Assembly (NCBI GenBank): GCA_963796275.1
Contig: CAWCKY010000004.1
Span: forward strand, 1,536,001 to 1,600,000
Length of the DNA: 64,000 bases
Source of the DNA: an uncultured Acidobacteriota bacterium
GTDB taxonomy: Bacteria > Acidobacteriota > Blastocatellia > RBC074
Direction: 5' to 3'
Both the position numbers and the translations under genes were made by a program. The notes beneath the pieces were generated by a model that saw nothing but the letters and a program-made list of their open reading frames with translations, was not told the origin of the DNA and did no database searches. Below are positions 1 to 11,066 of the stretch, piece after piece (position 1 is the stretch's first letter; each line of letters opens with the position of its first letter).

Positions 1-106
1 GAAAAGCCGCGCGAACTTGGACAGTTTGCGCTACATTCTTTTTTGTGTCTTTTGTCTTTTTGTGTTTTTTGTGGTGAAATCCCCGCATTCAAAGAGCTAT
101 AGACGG

Positions 107-770
107 TTATCTTTTGGTTAATTGCGGAACTACCCCAAAATGTGGTGGATCTTCAGCCCTCTCGGAGAGAGTCTCTGCCAGGAACCTGCGCAATGACTCC
201 CAGGCCCTGCCAGCTGACCGTGCGTTGTATAGTATTCCCCGTTCCGGATTATCGGCAGACTCGGCCATGAAGTCCGCATCGTTCCACCATACGCGTGGAG
301 TTGCCAGTCCAGGCCGGCAGCAGCGAACTCCGCGCCTAACTCGACGACATCTGACGGCGGAACCCAGGGATCGTCCCATCCATGGAAGGCGATGACTTTG
401 GGCATGTCTTGTTGTAATGAAAGGCAGGCCAGACGGCTTGAATAAACCATGGAAGCTCGCCACGCCTTTGAGCGGTGCACCGGCTCGCGCGAGGTCAAGA
501 ACACATAATCCGCCGAAACAGAATCCAATGGCCGCGAGATTGTTCGAATCGAACCTCGGGTAGACGCCTTACCACCTCGACTGTATGGAGCAGGCGTTCC
601 CTTAACATAGCCCGGTTCTCCATCAGCGGCGCCATCTGCGCCAGGCATTCCTCAAGCGTTTTGCCTCGTACGCCTTTACCGAAGATCGTCGACGGCAAAG
701 CCGGCATAGCCCCATTCGGTTAACATGCGGGCGACTCCCTCCTGAGCTTCCGACCGATCCACTTGTCCCT
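107..770 (-). pseudogene. Dienelactone hydrolase family protein, fragmented and 5'-truncated
   Basis: Pieces in several frames: WGYAGFAVD, MAPLMENRAMLRERL, ASFHG, FHGWDDPWVPP, DWQLHAYG, RAWESLRRFLAE. Confidence 0.75.
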
Positions 771-1177
771 TAAAATTTGTGAAATGGCCCTGATTTGATG
801 CGTACAATATCTCCTCGTGCAAATATTTCCATTGCTCACCTCCTAGTCTGCTTAGATGGTAGGAAAATGCACCACATCGGTCAATGATGGCAGGCAACGA
901 ACTGATCGTCAATGCTGATTACCAACCAGGCATGTTTTGTATACAAGCCTCGACAAAACCGGCTATTTCCGCGTTCTTTGTAATCACGCAGCGAGCCGAA
1001 AATGCCTGCATAATCAATAAAGTAACCAGTCGGGAAACATGATTACAACTCTATCCTGTCTGCTCAAATGTTTACTTGTCTACAACACGCCATAACTTAT
1101 CTACGATCTCGGCCGGGCGTGGCAAGCTGGATTGAGATAGAATTGGGATGGCTGATCAGTGAATTAGGAAAGAGCTT

Positions 1178-1594
1178 ATGATGAGAAAATACGTCTTCCT
1201 TGTGATTCTTCTGGCGATCGGGCTGAGCGGCAGCTATCTGATCAAAGGAGGGCTGTACCTTGCGGGGATCGAACCGAGCGCAACCCTGGCCTACTGGATA
1301 TTGGGATCGGTCTGCTTCGCTTCGATCCTATATTTGCTGTACGCGATCAAGCGTCTGGGACGGGGCAGGAACGATGTCTCGTTAGTGGCTGAGCCGTGCA
1401 TAGGCTTTTTGATCTTGCTGCTGTGCTGCAACGCCTGGGGCCTGGCGTTCCGTGAGACGATTCCCGCGGCGAAGATAGCGCTCCCGGTGTTTTGGGTCCT
1501 CTCCGCAGCTGGGATGTTCCTGGCGTTTTGCCTTTTAAAGCCGCCAGGAAAAACTACTCGTCGCCAAGCGACACGGAGAGCGCGTAGACGTTAG
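1178..1594 (+). CDS. Hypothetical membrane protein (about 4 TM helices)
   Basis: 138-aa ORF with four hydrophobic stretches, basic tail, purine-rich RBS (AGGAAAGAG). Confidence 0.65.
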   Translation: MMRKYVFLVILLAIGLSGSYLIKGGLYLAGIEPSATLAYWILGSVCFASILYLLYAIKRLGRGRNDVSLVAEPCIGFLILLLCCNAWGLAFRETIPAAKIALPVFWVLSAAGMFLAFCLLKPPGKTTRRQATRRARRR

Positions 1595-1608
1595 AGCCAG
1601 TTGCAAAA

Positions 1609-1791
1609 CTAGCGCCCTGTCCGTGATCGTCGCGTTGGAGCAGGGACTACCACCCGTCCACCGCCACCCTTACGTCGCCCGCCGCCGCCACCACCGTTGC
1701 GGTTCATCCACAGCCAAATGATGAGCAATATGAGGGCCAGGATCACCGCCGTCGTGGCTTTCCACTCATCATCGAAGTGGTGACTCCTCAT
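1609..1791 (-). CDS. Small single-TM Gly/Arg-rich hypothetical protein
   Basis: AVILALILLIIWLWM followed by a Gly/Arg-rich tail; short ORF. Confidence 0.4.
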   Translation of the reverse strand: MRSHHFDDEWKATTAVILALILLIIWLWMNRNGGGGGGRRKGGGGRVVVPAPTRRSRTGR

Positions 1792-2093
1792 AGCGGTACC
1801 CCCAAAAATGGAAATGCGCGCCAGGCGATTGCTCGGCGCGGGTTACGCATTGCCAGCAGCCCCATCTTTTGACGTGAAAAACGAGGACGATCCGAAGAAA
1901 ACGAAAGGCCAGGAATAGCAGGTTTATGCAATGGATGAGATCGTGCGAAAGGGGCGAATAAGCGAGTGGTGCGAGAGGGATTGGATCGACGGATGGATTG
2001 AGGTAGGAGCCAAGGTGTGGAAGGGAGACCGTGTGTTCGATCTCCCCCCTCTATCGGGTTGAGCAGGACGGTGAAAACTTGCGCCCACCCGAC

Positions 2094-2585
2094 TTAGAAC
2101 GGAATGTCGTCAGCCTCAATGCCGACGGGTTCTTTCGCCGGAGCGCGCTTCGAGGTCGATCTTTTGCCATTCCTGGACGCAGCAGGCTTTGGCGCATCCT
2201 CGGTCTCTGCCGCTTCATCGACCTGGACTTTCTCCTCAGCGGTCTCGACAGGCTCTCCACCCTGGCCCAGGAAGTGAATGTCGTTGGCGTTGACCTCGGG
2301 GCTAATCCGCAGGTTGCCTTCACGGTCGGTGTATTGCTCGAGACGCAACCTGCCATCGATATAGACCTGCCTGCCTTTCGCCAGGTATTCAGCGGCCGTC
2401 TCAGCCTGTCGTCCCCAGGCAGTTACGCGGAACCAGATTGTGTGTTCCTCCACTTCGCCCCTGGCATTCTTGCGTTTTTCGGTCGTCGCGACGGACAGGT
2501 TGCAAACGGCCATGCCTTGCTGAGTGAACCTCAACTCAGGATCGCGACCCAGATAACCGACGATAGTGATTTTGTTGAATGACAT
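2094..2585 (-). CDS. ssb: Single-stranded DNA-binding protein
   Basis: FNKITIVGYLGRDPELRFT, LAKGRQVYIDGRLR, acidic C-terminus ADDIPF; GGGAG RBS. Confidence 0.97.
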   Translation of the reverse strand: MSFNKITIVGYLGRDPELRFTQQGMAVCNLSVATTEKRKNARGEVEEHTIWFRVTAWGRQAETAAEYLAKGRQVYIDGRLRLEQYTDREGNLRISPEVNANDIHFLGQGGEPVETAEEKVQVDEAAETEDAPKPAASRNGKRSTSKRAPAKEPVGIEADDIPF

Positions 2586-2879
2586 TGCATTTTTTCTCCC
2601 TTCAAGTTTGAGATTGATATCGTTCTGAGCGAGGTAAGGCGCATACCCCTTTCGCTCACAGGCTTACGCGCAGCTCCAACCTATAATCGGCATATGAACG
2701 AATCAGAGAGAGAGAAAATGATGGCATCACTAGAGGTGTCGAGTGAGGTGTCGAAATAATATGGGTTATTTCGGCTTAGTTGCGCTGGCCCACATCTTTC
2801 AGCCATTCCTGGAACCTATGGACATTCCAATAGAAGAAAGGTATCTTCATATGACATATCCAAGGGAAACTCTACTTAG

Positions 2880-3251
2880 ATGAAAGATTATCTGCGTGCA
2901 TTGATGGCGAGGCTCCGGGGACTGCTCGGAATACGAAAGGCTGATCTTGAGTTTGAGGATGAGATTCAGGCTCATCTCGAATTGCTCATCGAGCGATACG
3001 TTCGTCAGGGGATGACGCCAGATGAAGCTGCAGCAACTGCACGGCGACGGTTCGGAAACGTCACATTGTTGAAGGAGAACAATCGCGAGATGCGTGGATT
3101 CAGATTCATTGAGACGATCGCTCAGGATGTCCGTTATGGCTTGTGGATTTTGAGGAGAAATCCCGGCTTCGCCTCTGTCGCCGTGCTCACGCTGGCGCTC
3201 GGTATCGGCGCGACTGCGCCCATCACGCACATGGGTTACTCCAGTGGATAA
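2880..3251 (+). pseudogene. ADOP-family ABC permease, N-terminal fragment
   Basis: [44 protein letters not shown]; similarity stops near 3210. Confidence 0.9.
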
Positions 3252-3626
3252 TTCGAAATGAGCGGGCCACCACATCCACTTGCGGCCACTTGCGGTCTCC
3301 TGCCGTTGAAAACCAGGTTCTCCCATCTCTGTGCCAATTCGTCCCACTGTTAAATCTCATTTAAGGCATCGTCCAACATTCTGGTCTTCAGGGACAATGC
3401 AGCTTCCGACATCAACGCCAAATTTATTGCTTCTGTGGCGTGGCTCAACAACCAGCTGCTTGTTCAGATTGAGTCGGAGTTTCTTTGGGCTGATGTTCAT
3501 TCCACGCTAAAATCACTTCTCATTTAGCCTTCTTGGGAGATCGCGATTCCGCAAGCTGTAGCAGGAATGCGGCCCGGTCAAGAAAAGATTCAGTTATGGG
3601 CGAAAAAGTGGGCATCGGATCAAGTT

Positions 3627-3815
3627 ATGGGCGAATTGACATTGAGTGGAAAGGTTGCGTTGGTGACTGGAGCCTCACGAGGAATTGGCGCCAGCCTGGC
3701 GCGTTTGCTTGCGACTCGAGGTGCGGACATCGCGATCAACTATCACAGCAAAGGTTCGCGTGCTGAGATCGTTGCGACAGATATCCGTTCAGTGGGCCGG
3801 CGTGCGTTGTTGGTA
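3627..3815 (+). pseudogene. SDR oxidoreductase, N-terminal fragment
   Basis: LSGKVALVTGASRGIG (TGxxxGIG); similarity ends at RRALLV; no YxxxK. Confidence 0.85.
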
Positions 3816-3983
3816 TGCTTTGGATCAGCAAATCCTTTATCGGCAAGCAATCGCAGAAGCGCCTCGACTTCGGTTGGGAATTCACGCCAACCGGCAACAC
3901 TTTCACATTCACTAGAGAACTCCTCCGGGGTAATAAATCCCAGCTCCAGGCAATATTTCAAAACGCGCGACCAAGTCGCTTCA

Positions 3984-4451
3984 CTATAAATACCTGCTGT
4001 CCGCTCTGACATTCTTAAGCTTATTTTCCTCAATCACTTTTCGGACATCGTAAAGTACAACTCCCATCTCAGTCAGGAGCTTAAATGCAATAGTTCCTTC
4101 TTCGACTAATAGACCGAGAAGTAAATGATCCGTTCCAATATGACTGTGGCCAAGCTTGTCTGATTCTTGAGCAGCAAATGCGAGAACTCTTTTGGCTTCT
4201 ATGGAGAGTGGCAGATCGACATTACTTGTGACTTCACGTTCGCCAATGCCGACACGATCTTCGATATGCTTACGAATTAGCTTAAAGTCTGGAGAGTCTT
4301 CAGGAAAGAATCGAGCTGCTATCTGCCGGTCTTCACGCAACATTCCGAGAAGGATGTGTTCGGCTTCGATCTGTGAAGCACCAAATTGACTAGCCTCAAA
4401 ACGTGCAAAAAAGATTACACGACGTGCTTTTTCAGTGTAGCGTTCAAACAT
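3984..4451 (-). CDS. Clp protease N-terminal (repeat) domain protein without ATPase
   Basis: MFERYTEKARRVIFFAR..EHILLG; second repeat AKRVLAFA..HIGTDHLLLGLL. Confidence 0.9.
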   Translation of the reverse strand: MFERYTEKARRVIFFARFEASQFGASQIEAEHILLGMLREDRQIAARFFPEDSPDFKLIRKHIEDRVGIGEREVTSNVDLPLSIEAKRVLAFAAQESDKLGHSHIGTDHLLLGLLVEEGTIAFKLLTEMGVVLYDVRKVIEENKLKNVRADSRYL

Positions 4452-4671
4452 GATTGCCCTCCTTTAGAGGTAGTTAGCTCCACAAGCGTGACACGGTATT
4501 GTAAAGGGGAGAAGCCAGACACGAAAGCAGGATGCTCATCGCGCTGGGCAACGCCAGCGAGATCAATAGATATGGTCGGGGAGGGAAAATGGCGCGCCGA
4601 GCTACGAGTTAATACTGACACAACATTTGTCGATGAAGGCGAAAGATCCCGAGCGAGTGGTACGCATTGAT

Positions 4672-5675
4672 GAGGAAATATTGCACAAGATCGAGACCAT
4701 TCCGGGGTATCATCAGTGAGCTTCTCCCGATACGTTCCCATGGATGGCCGTCACGGGGTGAACCCTGTCCTCGCAAGGAATCGCAGCTACGCCCAGGGTG
4801 AGCTTCCCCTGCACCGATACGATTACGTTGCGCCGGGCTTTTTCAAAACGCTCGGCATACCGCTCCTCACTGGCCGCGATTTCACCTGGAGTGAGATCTA
4901 CAATAAGTATCCGGTAGCCATCGTCTCGGAAAACCTGGCTCGCGAATATTGGGGGTCCGCTGCAGGCGCCCTCGGCAAGCAATTTCGGGAAAGTGCGGAG
5001 GGTGACTGGCGAGAGGTCATAGGTGTTGTGGGAGACGTTCATCACCTCGGCGTGAATAAGGAAGCGCCCACTACTATCTACTGGCCGATCTTGATCTCCC
5101 ACTTTCTGGGCGGGTCGGATGTCGTAGCGCTCCGTGACGCTACTTTCGTCATCCGCAGCCCGCGCGAATGGTCACAGGGCTTGGCAAACGAGGTCCGAGA
5201 AGCGATTTGGTCGGTTGCCCCCTTTCTCCCGGTGGCGGAGGTCCGGACGTTGAATGATTACTACAACAGGTCGATGGCGCGTACTTCATTTACGCTCGTA
5301 ATGCTGGCCGTCGCCGGGGGCATGGCGCTCTTCCTCGGTATTGTGGGCCTCTACGGTGTGATCGCCTATTCGGTCTCACAACGGAAGCGGGAGATCGGCA
5401 TTCGTATGGCGCTAGGGGCGGGAAAGGGGGAAGTTCTTAAGCTGGTCATCGGCCAGGGAATGAAGATGGCATTGATCGGCGTAGCAATCGGCCTTGCCGG
5501 AGCTCTGGGCCTGACGCGCTTCTTATCGGATTTGCTCTACGGCGTAGAGCCCGGTGATCCGCTGACATTTATCGCAGTCTCAACGCTTCTCATAGGAGTG
5601 GCTGTCATTGCCAGCTACATTCCAGCCCTTCAGGCGTCTAAAGTAGATCCAATGATGGTACTCAGACAAGACTAG
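4672..5675 (+). pseudogene. ADOP-family ABC permease, C-terminal half only
   Basis: [55 protein letters not shown]; no N-terminal half or start. Confidence 0.9.
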
Positions 5676-5800
5676 ATTCGTTGCTCCCGGATTTTCGTTC
5701 GGTGAGTCAACTTTCTTTCGATAAAGGATTGTGCAATACCCATAATCTGGGCGATTCCCTCAAAGAGTTCTGCCTTTGGCCGCTGGTTCGTAACTAACAT
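5672..5800 (-). pseudogene. Probable N-terminal remnant of an AbiEii-type nucleotidyltransferase toxin
   Basis: ATG overlaps the end of the AbiEi-like gene; ELFEGIAQIMGIAQSFIE resembles AbiEii N-termini just before the EKD motif, then diverges. Confidence 0.5.
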
Positions 5801-6188
5801 AGGCTCCACCATATCCAATTTTCCGATTCACACGCCCTTTGATAGCGATCATACGACCTGTAGGAACCTGGGTTGTTTTGCCTGCGTTGTAGTCGCTTTC
5901 CAAATCAGAAGGCACGACTTCAATGCCCAGACGTTCTAGCGCCGCCCTAGCCAATGTCGGCAGAGGGGCAACAGGAATGACCTCACCATTGATGGAGGAT
6001 TTTTTGGCTTTGGCATAAAGACCATACCCGATCTTGATGATCTTCCCATCACGGACGAGACTTCTAAGAATCCGCCCAACCTGATCGTATCCTCCCAAGT
6101 CCGCAAAATCCTCCCGTAGGAAAACGAGGTCTTTCCTTCTGGCTATCCTTGCAGAAATCTTATAGTTGAGAGTTTCGAATTTCTTCAT
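5760..6188 (-). CDS. AbiEi-like (DUF6088-type) type IV antitoxin
   Basis: VFLREDFADLGGYDQVGRILRSLV..IIKIGYGLYAK wHTH; YNAGKTTQVP. Confidence 0.8.
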   Translation of the reverse strand: MKKFETLNYKISARIARRKDLVFLREDFADLGGYDQVGRILRSLVRDGKIIKIGYGLYAKAKKSSINGEVIPVAPLPTLARAALERLGIEVVPSDLESDYNAGKTTQVPTGRMIAIKGRVNRKIGYGGAYVSYEPAAKGRTL

Positions 6189-6218
6189 ATCATAATGAAA
6201 CCAACTCGCAGTAGATGA

Positions 6219-6884
6219 TTAGGAACAAGGGCCTGCGATATACGTTGAGTCTTTGACAACAGACTCTCCAGGGATGCCACAAAACCGTGGGTTGCGGTTA
6301 CGCGATCCCTTGTCGTTGTTGACCAAAAACCCGCCTTCATCGATAGCCGACCCGGGAGCCGCGACTTCGAAATGAAGATGCTCAAGCATCGCGCAACCGA
6401 CCGCGGCCTCGTCCCCAAGATACAGGCCCGCTTTCACGGTGTCGCCGACGTGCAATTTCGCCTTTCCGGTGATCGAGTGCTGCGCCATGTGTGAGTAGCC
6501 GGTCCATTCGCCGTTCTCGTGAGCGATCCAAACGAAATTATTATGGCAATCGGCGGCAGCACGACCCGATTGCTGCTCGGAGAATATGTCGCGAATCGCA
6601 ATTATCCGCCCGGCTGCCGCAGCTACTATCGCGTAGGGGCGCTCGCCGGAGATGGCGAATAAGTCCAAGCGCCCTTGAGGTCGATGAGTCTGGAAGTCAT
6701 CGAAGACTTTAACGCGAGTACCGTCGGCATACGGAAGTCGATAGAGCCCCTCGCTGGGCTCGCCATTGAACAACCCATCACCAGGTGCGCGAGAACTTCC
6801 CGGCGGGTTCTGCTCACAGCCCGATGTGAACATCATCGCGAACGCGATGGCTGCTGCGCCGAGCAGGAAATCGAGATGATGCAT
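6219..6884 (-). CDS. M23 family metallopeptidase, probable lipoprotein
   Basis: Signal peptide ending FTSGC; H(x)nD, YSHM, HLHFEV motifs. Confidence 0.85.
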   Translation of the reverse strand: MHHLDFLLGAAAIAFAMMFTSGCEQNPPGSSRAPGDGLFNGEPSEGLYRLPYADGTRVKVFDDFQTHRPQGRLDLFAISGERPYAIVAAAAGRIIAIRDIFSEQQSGRAAADCHNNFVWIAHENGEWTGYSHMAQHSITGKAKLHVGDTVKAGLYLGDEAAVGCAMLEHLHFEVAAPGSAIDEGGFLVNNDKGSRNRNPRFCGIPGESVVKDSTYIAGPCS

Positions 6885-7065
6885 AAATCTACTCCTTACC
6901 TATCACAGAGCTCGCGGCCGTGCCTGCGGTGCCAGTCAGGGCAATTGCTGTTCCCATCAACAATCAATGGCTTGAACCGACCCCAGCGGTTGATAGGCTT
7001 TCGCCACCTGTTGCGGCTCAACCGGTATTACAGGATACTATCTTCTCTCGAAGTATTTCAGAGAT

Positions 7066-7446
7066 TTAGTCTAAGAAATCGTCTGTCAGTGTAGGCTCTT
7101 CCCAGTAATCCGGGATGAGACGGATACTGAAGTCGACGAAATTCTGAGCGGCAATCGACCGGTTGTAATTTTCGCGTGCATAAAGAGCTGTGTAGATCGC
7201 GTTACGAATGATCGGGTTTAACTCCTTCATCTGCTTATCTGAAAGATGCTGGCAATGAAAATCTTCCATCGCATTGCGCACGACCGAAGCAATATACATC
7301 GCCAGCTCCTGGGCCTCAGTCGAAGGGTTTAGCTCCTTTTCCTCTTTTTCTTTCGATCTTTGCTTCTTTGCCATCTTTACCTCACTCAGTAAAGTGATCA
7401 CGATCTTCTGCGAACGGAATAAAATCTCATTATAGTCGCAGACCAC
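7066..7446 (-). CDS. Hypothetical protein (likely start 7374)
   Basis: GAGG RBS before MAKKQ; RNAMEDFH..LSDKQMKELNPIIRNAIYTAL..IPDYWEEP. Confidence 0.65.
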   Translation of the reverse strand: MVCDYNEILFRSQKIVITLLSEVKMAKKQRSKEKEEKELNPSTEAQELAMYIASVVRNAMEDFHCQHLSDKQMKELNPIIRNAIYTALYARENYNRSIAAQNFVDFSIRLIPDYWEEPTLTDDFLD

Positions 7447-7801
7447 TTCTCGTGCTGAGGTCGAGGCAGAATGGGATCAACAGCGCCGAATAACGCTCAT
7501 CGTCACGTTGGCCATCAGGACAGGCGTCCGGCCGTTCCGGACAGCCAGTCGCAATCTATGGCCCAGCAAATATAGCCAACTTTGCTTTGAGTGAAAGGAC
7601 TGATCGGTCCCGCTGGGATGGCTGATGCCTCGGAAAGAGGCGGGTGGCTATGCCGCGCCTGGCTTAACCGTTGTACTCGGGGAAGATCAAAACCAGTGAT
7701 CCCCCCGAATGTATCCACCTTCACTATGAGCCGGAGAGCAAGGTAGGTGATTTGGGAACCTGCGCATCTGTGGGGTGGAACTGCGCTATCGAAAAGGTCG
7801 A

Positions 7802-9593
7802 TTATTGCCCCGTGCTGGACGCCACCTTCATGCGTAATCTGTTGGCAGACCCTCTCTTCTTCGTAGATTGTCTGGGTTTTGGATCGGCCGGCTTCGGAGC
7901 CAATGCGGGCCTTTTATCGGATACTCGCCGTTTGTTCCGAACAATGCTCAAAGCCTTGCGCAGCCGCGGCATTTCGAAGAACTCCTTGAACACCGCCAGT
8001 AAGACAAAACAGGCGAGAGGCAGTTCCCGCCCCCACGTCCCGAGCAATTTCGCATAGAGCCGTGGAAGTAGAATAGCCGCTTTCGCAGCCGTCATAATTT
8101 CCCAAACGCGCGTTTGTTCCTGCGAGTCAAGCGTGTGGATTGGGTGAAGAGGCTGATTATCGCCGTACATCGCCCAGGCCAGATATCTCAGTTTCTTCTC
8201 GGACGCTTTGACGATCTCATCGATGAGCTTATAAGCAGTTGCCGAGAGTGGCGCCGACAACAACCGTTCACGTTGGTTATCTGCGGCCGTATTGAGAGCA
8301 ATGAAATGTTTGACCGACATCTTACCTTTCTGCCGGGCCTGATACGCTCGCATCATCAACTCTCCGATCCTCTTGATATCAGTCGCGCGGCGAATCCTCG
8401 CATAGAATTTGCGATATGAACGGTTATTGCGCAGCGCGGTCATATGAAAGTCCTGCTCGCATTCAACGAGGATGGCTTCGAGCGCTTGACAGGTGAATTG
8501 CTGAAGCTCGCGATTGGCGTGAGAAATGAATTTCGGCTGACGATAAATCACGATCCGTTTACCATGACCCGTTGTCAGATTCGACGGGAAGCAGTCTCTG
8601 GGCAGATCGAGATTGACATTGACCGGAAAGATGAGCTCGATCTCCGCATTGATCTCCTCCCAGATCTTCTCGATTGCAACCCCGGCCGCATAAGCGCGGC
8701 GTAGTTTGCAGGCAAGATATTGCGCGCATTCAGGCAGGTCTTCGGCCGAGTATTCGGGATCAACGCGGCCACAGGTGACTGCGCGTTCGTGCGCGGACAT
8801 ACGAATGATCGCGCCGCCCTCATCGTATTGGTCCAAGGCCTCGACGTGGGCGAATGCATCATCGAGTTCCTCGATGGTTGCGCCGTTCGATTCCAAATCG
8901 TTCAACCACTCAGTCATTTCATCTTGGACAAATCGCACGCTCTTTCGGCGACCACGGATCGTCCTTTTGACTGTGAGCACCTCCAGATCGAAGAGCAATC
9001 GATATGCGGATGCCTTCTCGTATTCCTTACGGCTCGCGCCGTTCTGTTTCTGATCGCCGAATCCATCGGCCCATCCTCTGGCCACACCCCGATCGAAGAT
9101 TGAACGCGGCTTCGATATCTCCTGCGGCGCGTAGACAATTCCGATTTCGCTTTCGACCTCTTCTGTAACCGGATTGAGGCTGGCGAGGTGCATAGCGATG
9201 AGCGCCATCTCCTTTAGCACGACGCCAAGGCCGAGCTCGGCGATCTCGCCGTAGTAGTACGAGGCCACTACCTGTCGATAGCGCGCGTCCCCTTCCTTGC
9301 TGATCTCGTTCAGGCAACGCATGTAACTCCGCGGCGTCCTCCGGATTGCCGAGTTTCTTGAGCGCATAGGCGAGCGTCGCAATGCGCGCTTCTTCCTCCT
9401 GCTGGCTCGTGGGCTTCAAATCGCCCTCGATTGTGTAAATCACCTCTCCGGCGACCGCGCCGCGCTCGAAGTCGAGCCGCCTCATGCCGAGGCCAGAGAT
9501 ATGCTCTGCTGTGTCGTTAAAGGGCGATCCGTAATTCTGTGGAAGGAAAATGCTGTGATTTGAACGTCGAGTATTCTCGATCTTTCGTAACAT
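7802..9593 (-). CDS. Large hypothetical backbone protein (about 600 aa, one frameshift near 9320)
   Basis: ORF 9593-9027 with AAGGAG RBS and ORF 9382-7802 overlap in different frames and join into one protein. Confidence 0.7.
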
Positions 9594-10042
9594 GTGTTAT
9601 TCTCCTTATACATTAATTATTGTTTTTGAGCGTGCCTGTGCTTTGCCTGGCCACGCTCATTTTTTTACTCACAGCAAAAATCTATGACTCACGAAAGAGA
9701 CCGGATGGAGAAAGTGCGGCTTGAACCATAAATTCTTATGATTCAAGCAATAAGAAATGTCGAAAGTGGTGCGGCCTGCTGAAGCTCTTTTCCAACTATT
9801 CTCTCAACTGTTACCATCGCTCCTCCCTGCTCCATCGGATATCGTCTCTCTTTAGAGACGACTGCTAGTTGTGGTGGGTGGGCTCGAGTCGGTGAGGATC
9901 CGTCAGAAAGCCTGGGCAGTGCTGAGTGGGAATATATTAGATTGATCGAGATTGACTCCTCGCCGCAAAGCTATGCTAGTCACAAGCTGCTCGGTTGATA
10001 GATTGATCGCGCTTCTAATCTGCGATTACAATATATATTGAG

Positions 10043-10324
10043 GTGAGTATTATGAATCAGACCCATCCAATAGAATTGCCGGAGGATATATTTGAGGCTT
10101 TGCTGCGGATTGCTGAACTGAAAGGCATGACGCCGGCTGACTGGATTGCATCTCAGATTCCCACCGCTTTTCTTCAGAGAGAGGAGTGCCCGCTCTCCGA
10201 TGCGTTAAATGGGATCACAGGATCCATCGACAGCACGACCGAGCCTCACCCGCAGGGATCGTTTTCTTCCGTTTCTGATATCATTGCCGAGAAATTCAGA
10301 AAGCAGGGACTCATCATTCCATGA
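10043..10324 (+). CDS. Putative antitoxin
   Basis: Small RHH-like N-terminus (IELPEDIFEALLRIAE); ATGA overlap with PIN toxin. Confidence 0.75.
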   Translation: MSIMNQTHPIELPEDIFEALLRIAELKGMTPADWIASQIPTAFLQREECPLSDALNGITGSIDSTTEPHPQGSFSSVSDIIAEKFRKQGLIIP

Positions 10325-10743
10325 TCACTCTCGTCGATACCGGACCGCTCGTGGCCCTTATCGACAAGGGGCAACGCGAACTCCACAAAAAGTGTGTTGA
10401 GAAGCAGAAAGAGCTGATGGCTCCGCTGATCACTACTTGGCTATGCATCGGGGAAGCAATGCATCTTCTCTATCGCCTCAGCGGATGGAAGGGCCAGGAT
10501 CGGCTTTGGGAGATTATCGAGAAGGGCGCGGCAGAGATTTACCCACTCGGCGAAGATGAAGCGAAGAGGATGCGCATTCTCATGGAACAGTACCAAGATA
10601 CGCCGATGGACCTGGCCGATGCTTCGCTCGTCGTGGTAGCCGAAATCACGGGACTGAGACGAGTGTTCACTATCGATGATGACTTCTTCATCTATAAAAC
10701 AGGCGGGAGGGATTCGTTTGAGGTAATCAACCCAAAACTTTGA
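10321..10743 (+). CDS. vapC: VapC-family PIN domain toxin
   Basis: TLVDTGPLVALID, GEAMHLL, MDLADASLV, VFTIDDDF. Confidence 0.93.
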   Translation: MITLVDTGPLVALIDKGQRELHKKCVEKQKELMAPLITTWLCIGEAMHLLYRLSGWKGQDRLWEIIEKGAAEIYPLGEDEAKRMRILMEQYQDTPMDLADASLVVVAEITGLRRVFTIDDDFFIYKTGGRDSFEVINPKL

Positions 10744-10760
10744 TCACAGTGGAGCGGCTC

Positions 10761-11066
10761 TCAAAAAGGCAGGTACGCCGGGTCATCGGAAGAACTCTCA
10801 GTAACCGGCAAATTGTCTTCGGGTTTGTTATCGCCAGGATTAACCAGGGTTGGCCTGAGTAACCCTTCCTCCCGCATCTCACGGATGTTTTCGTCTTCAA
10901 GCCTCTCGAGTTCGAGTTTGAGATTTGATTGCCTGATCATCTCTTGCTCTTGTTCGATGTAGTAATCCTCGTTGTAGACTGTCTCACTATAGAATTTCTC
11001 GTCATCTTCATCGTCGTAGTCGTTGTTAAACATGGCCATTTGTCCTCCTATTGCGATGCGACTCAC
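10761..11066 (-). CDS. Small acidic hypothetical protein
   Basis: AGGAGG RBS before MAMFNN; very Asp/Glu-rich; ends DDPAYLPF. Confidence 0.6.
   Translation of the reverse strand: MSRIAIGGQMAMFNNDYDDEDDEKFYSETVYNEDYYIEQEQEMIRQSNLKLELERLEDENIREMREEGLLRPTLVNPGDNKPEDNLPVTESSSDDPAYLPF

Noticed and set aside
37-76. T/G-rich TTTTGTG-like repeats
   Set aside because: Short low-complexity tract with no associated feature
6970-7032. Segment ending TGTTGCGGCTCAACCGGTATTACA, reminiscent of an IS30-type terminus
   Set aside because: No transposase or partner inverted repeat; resemblance is from memory only
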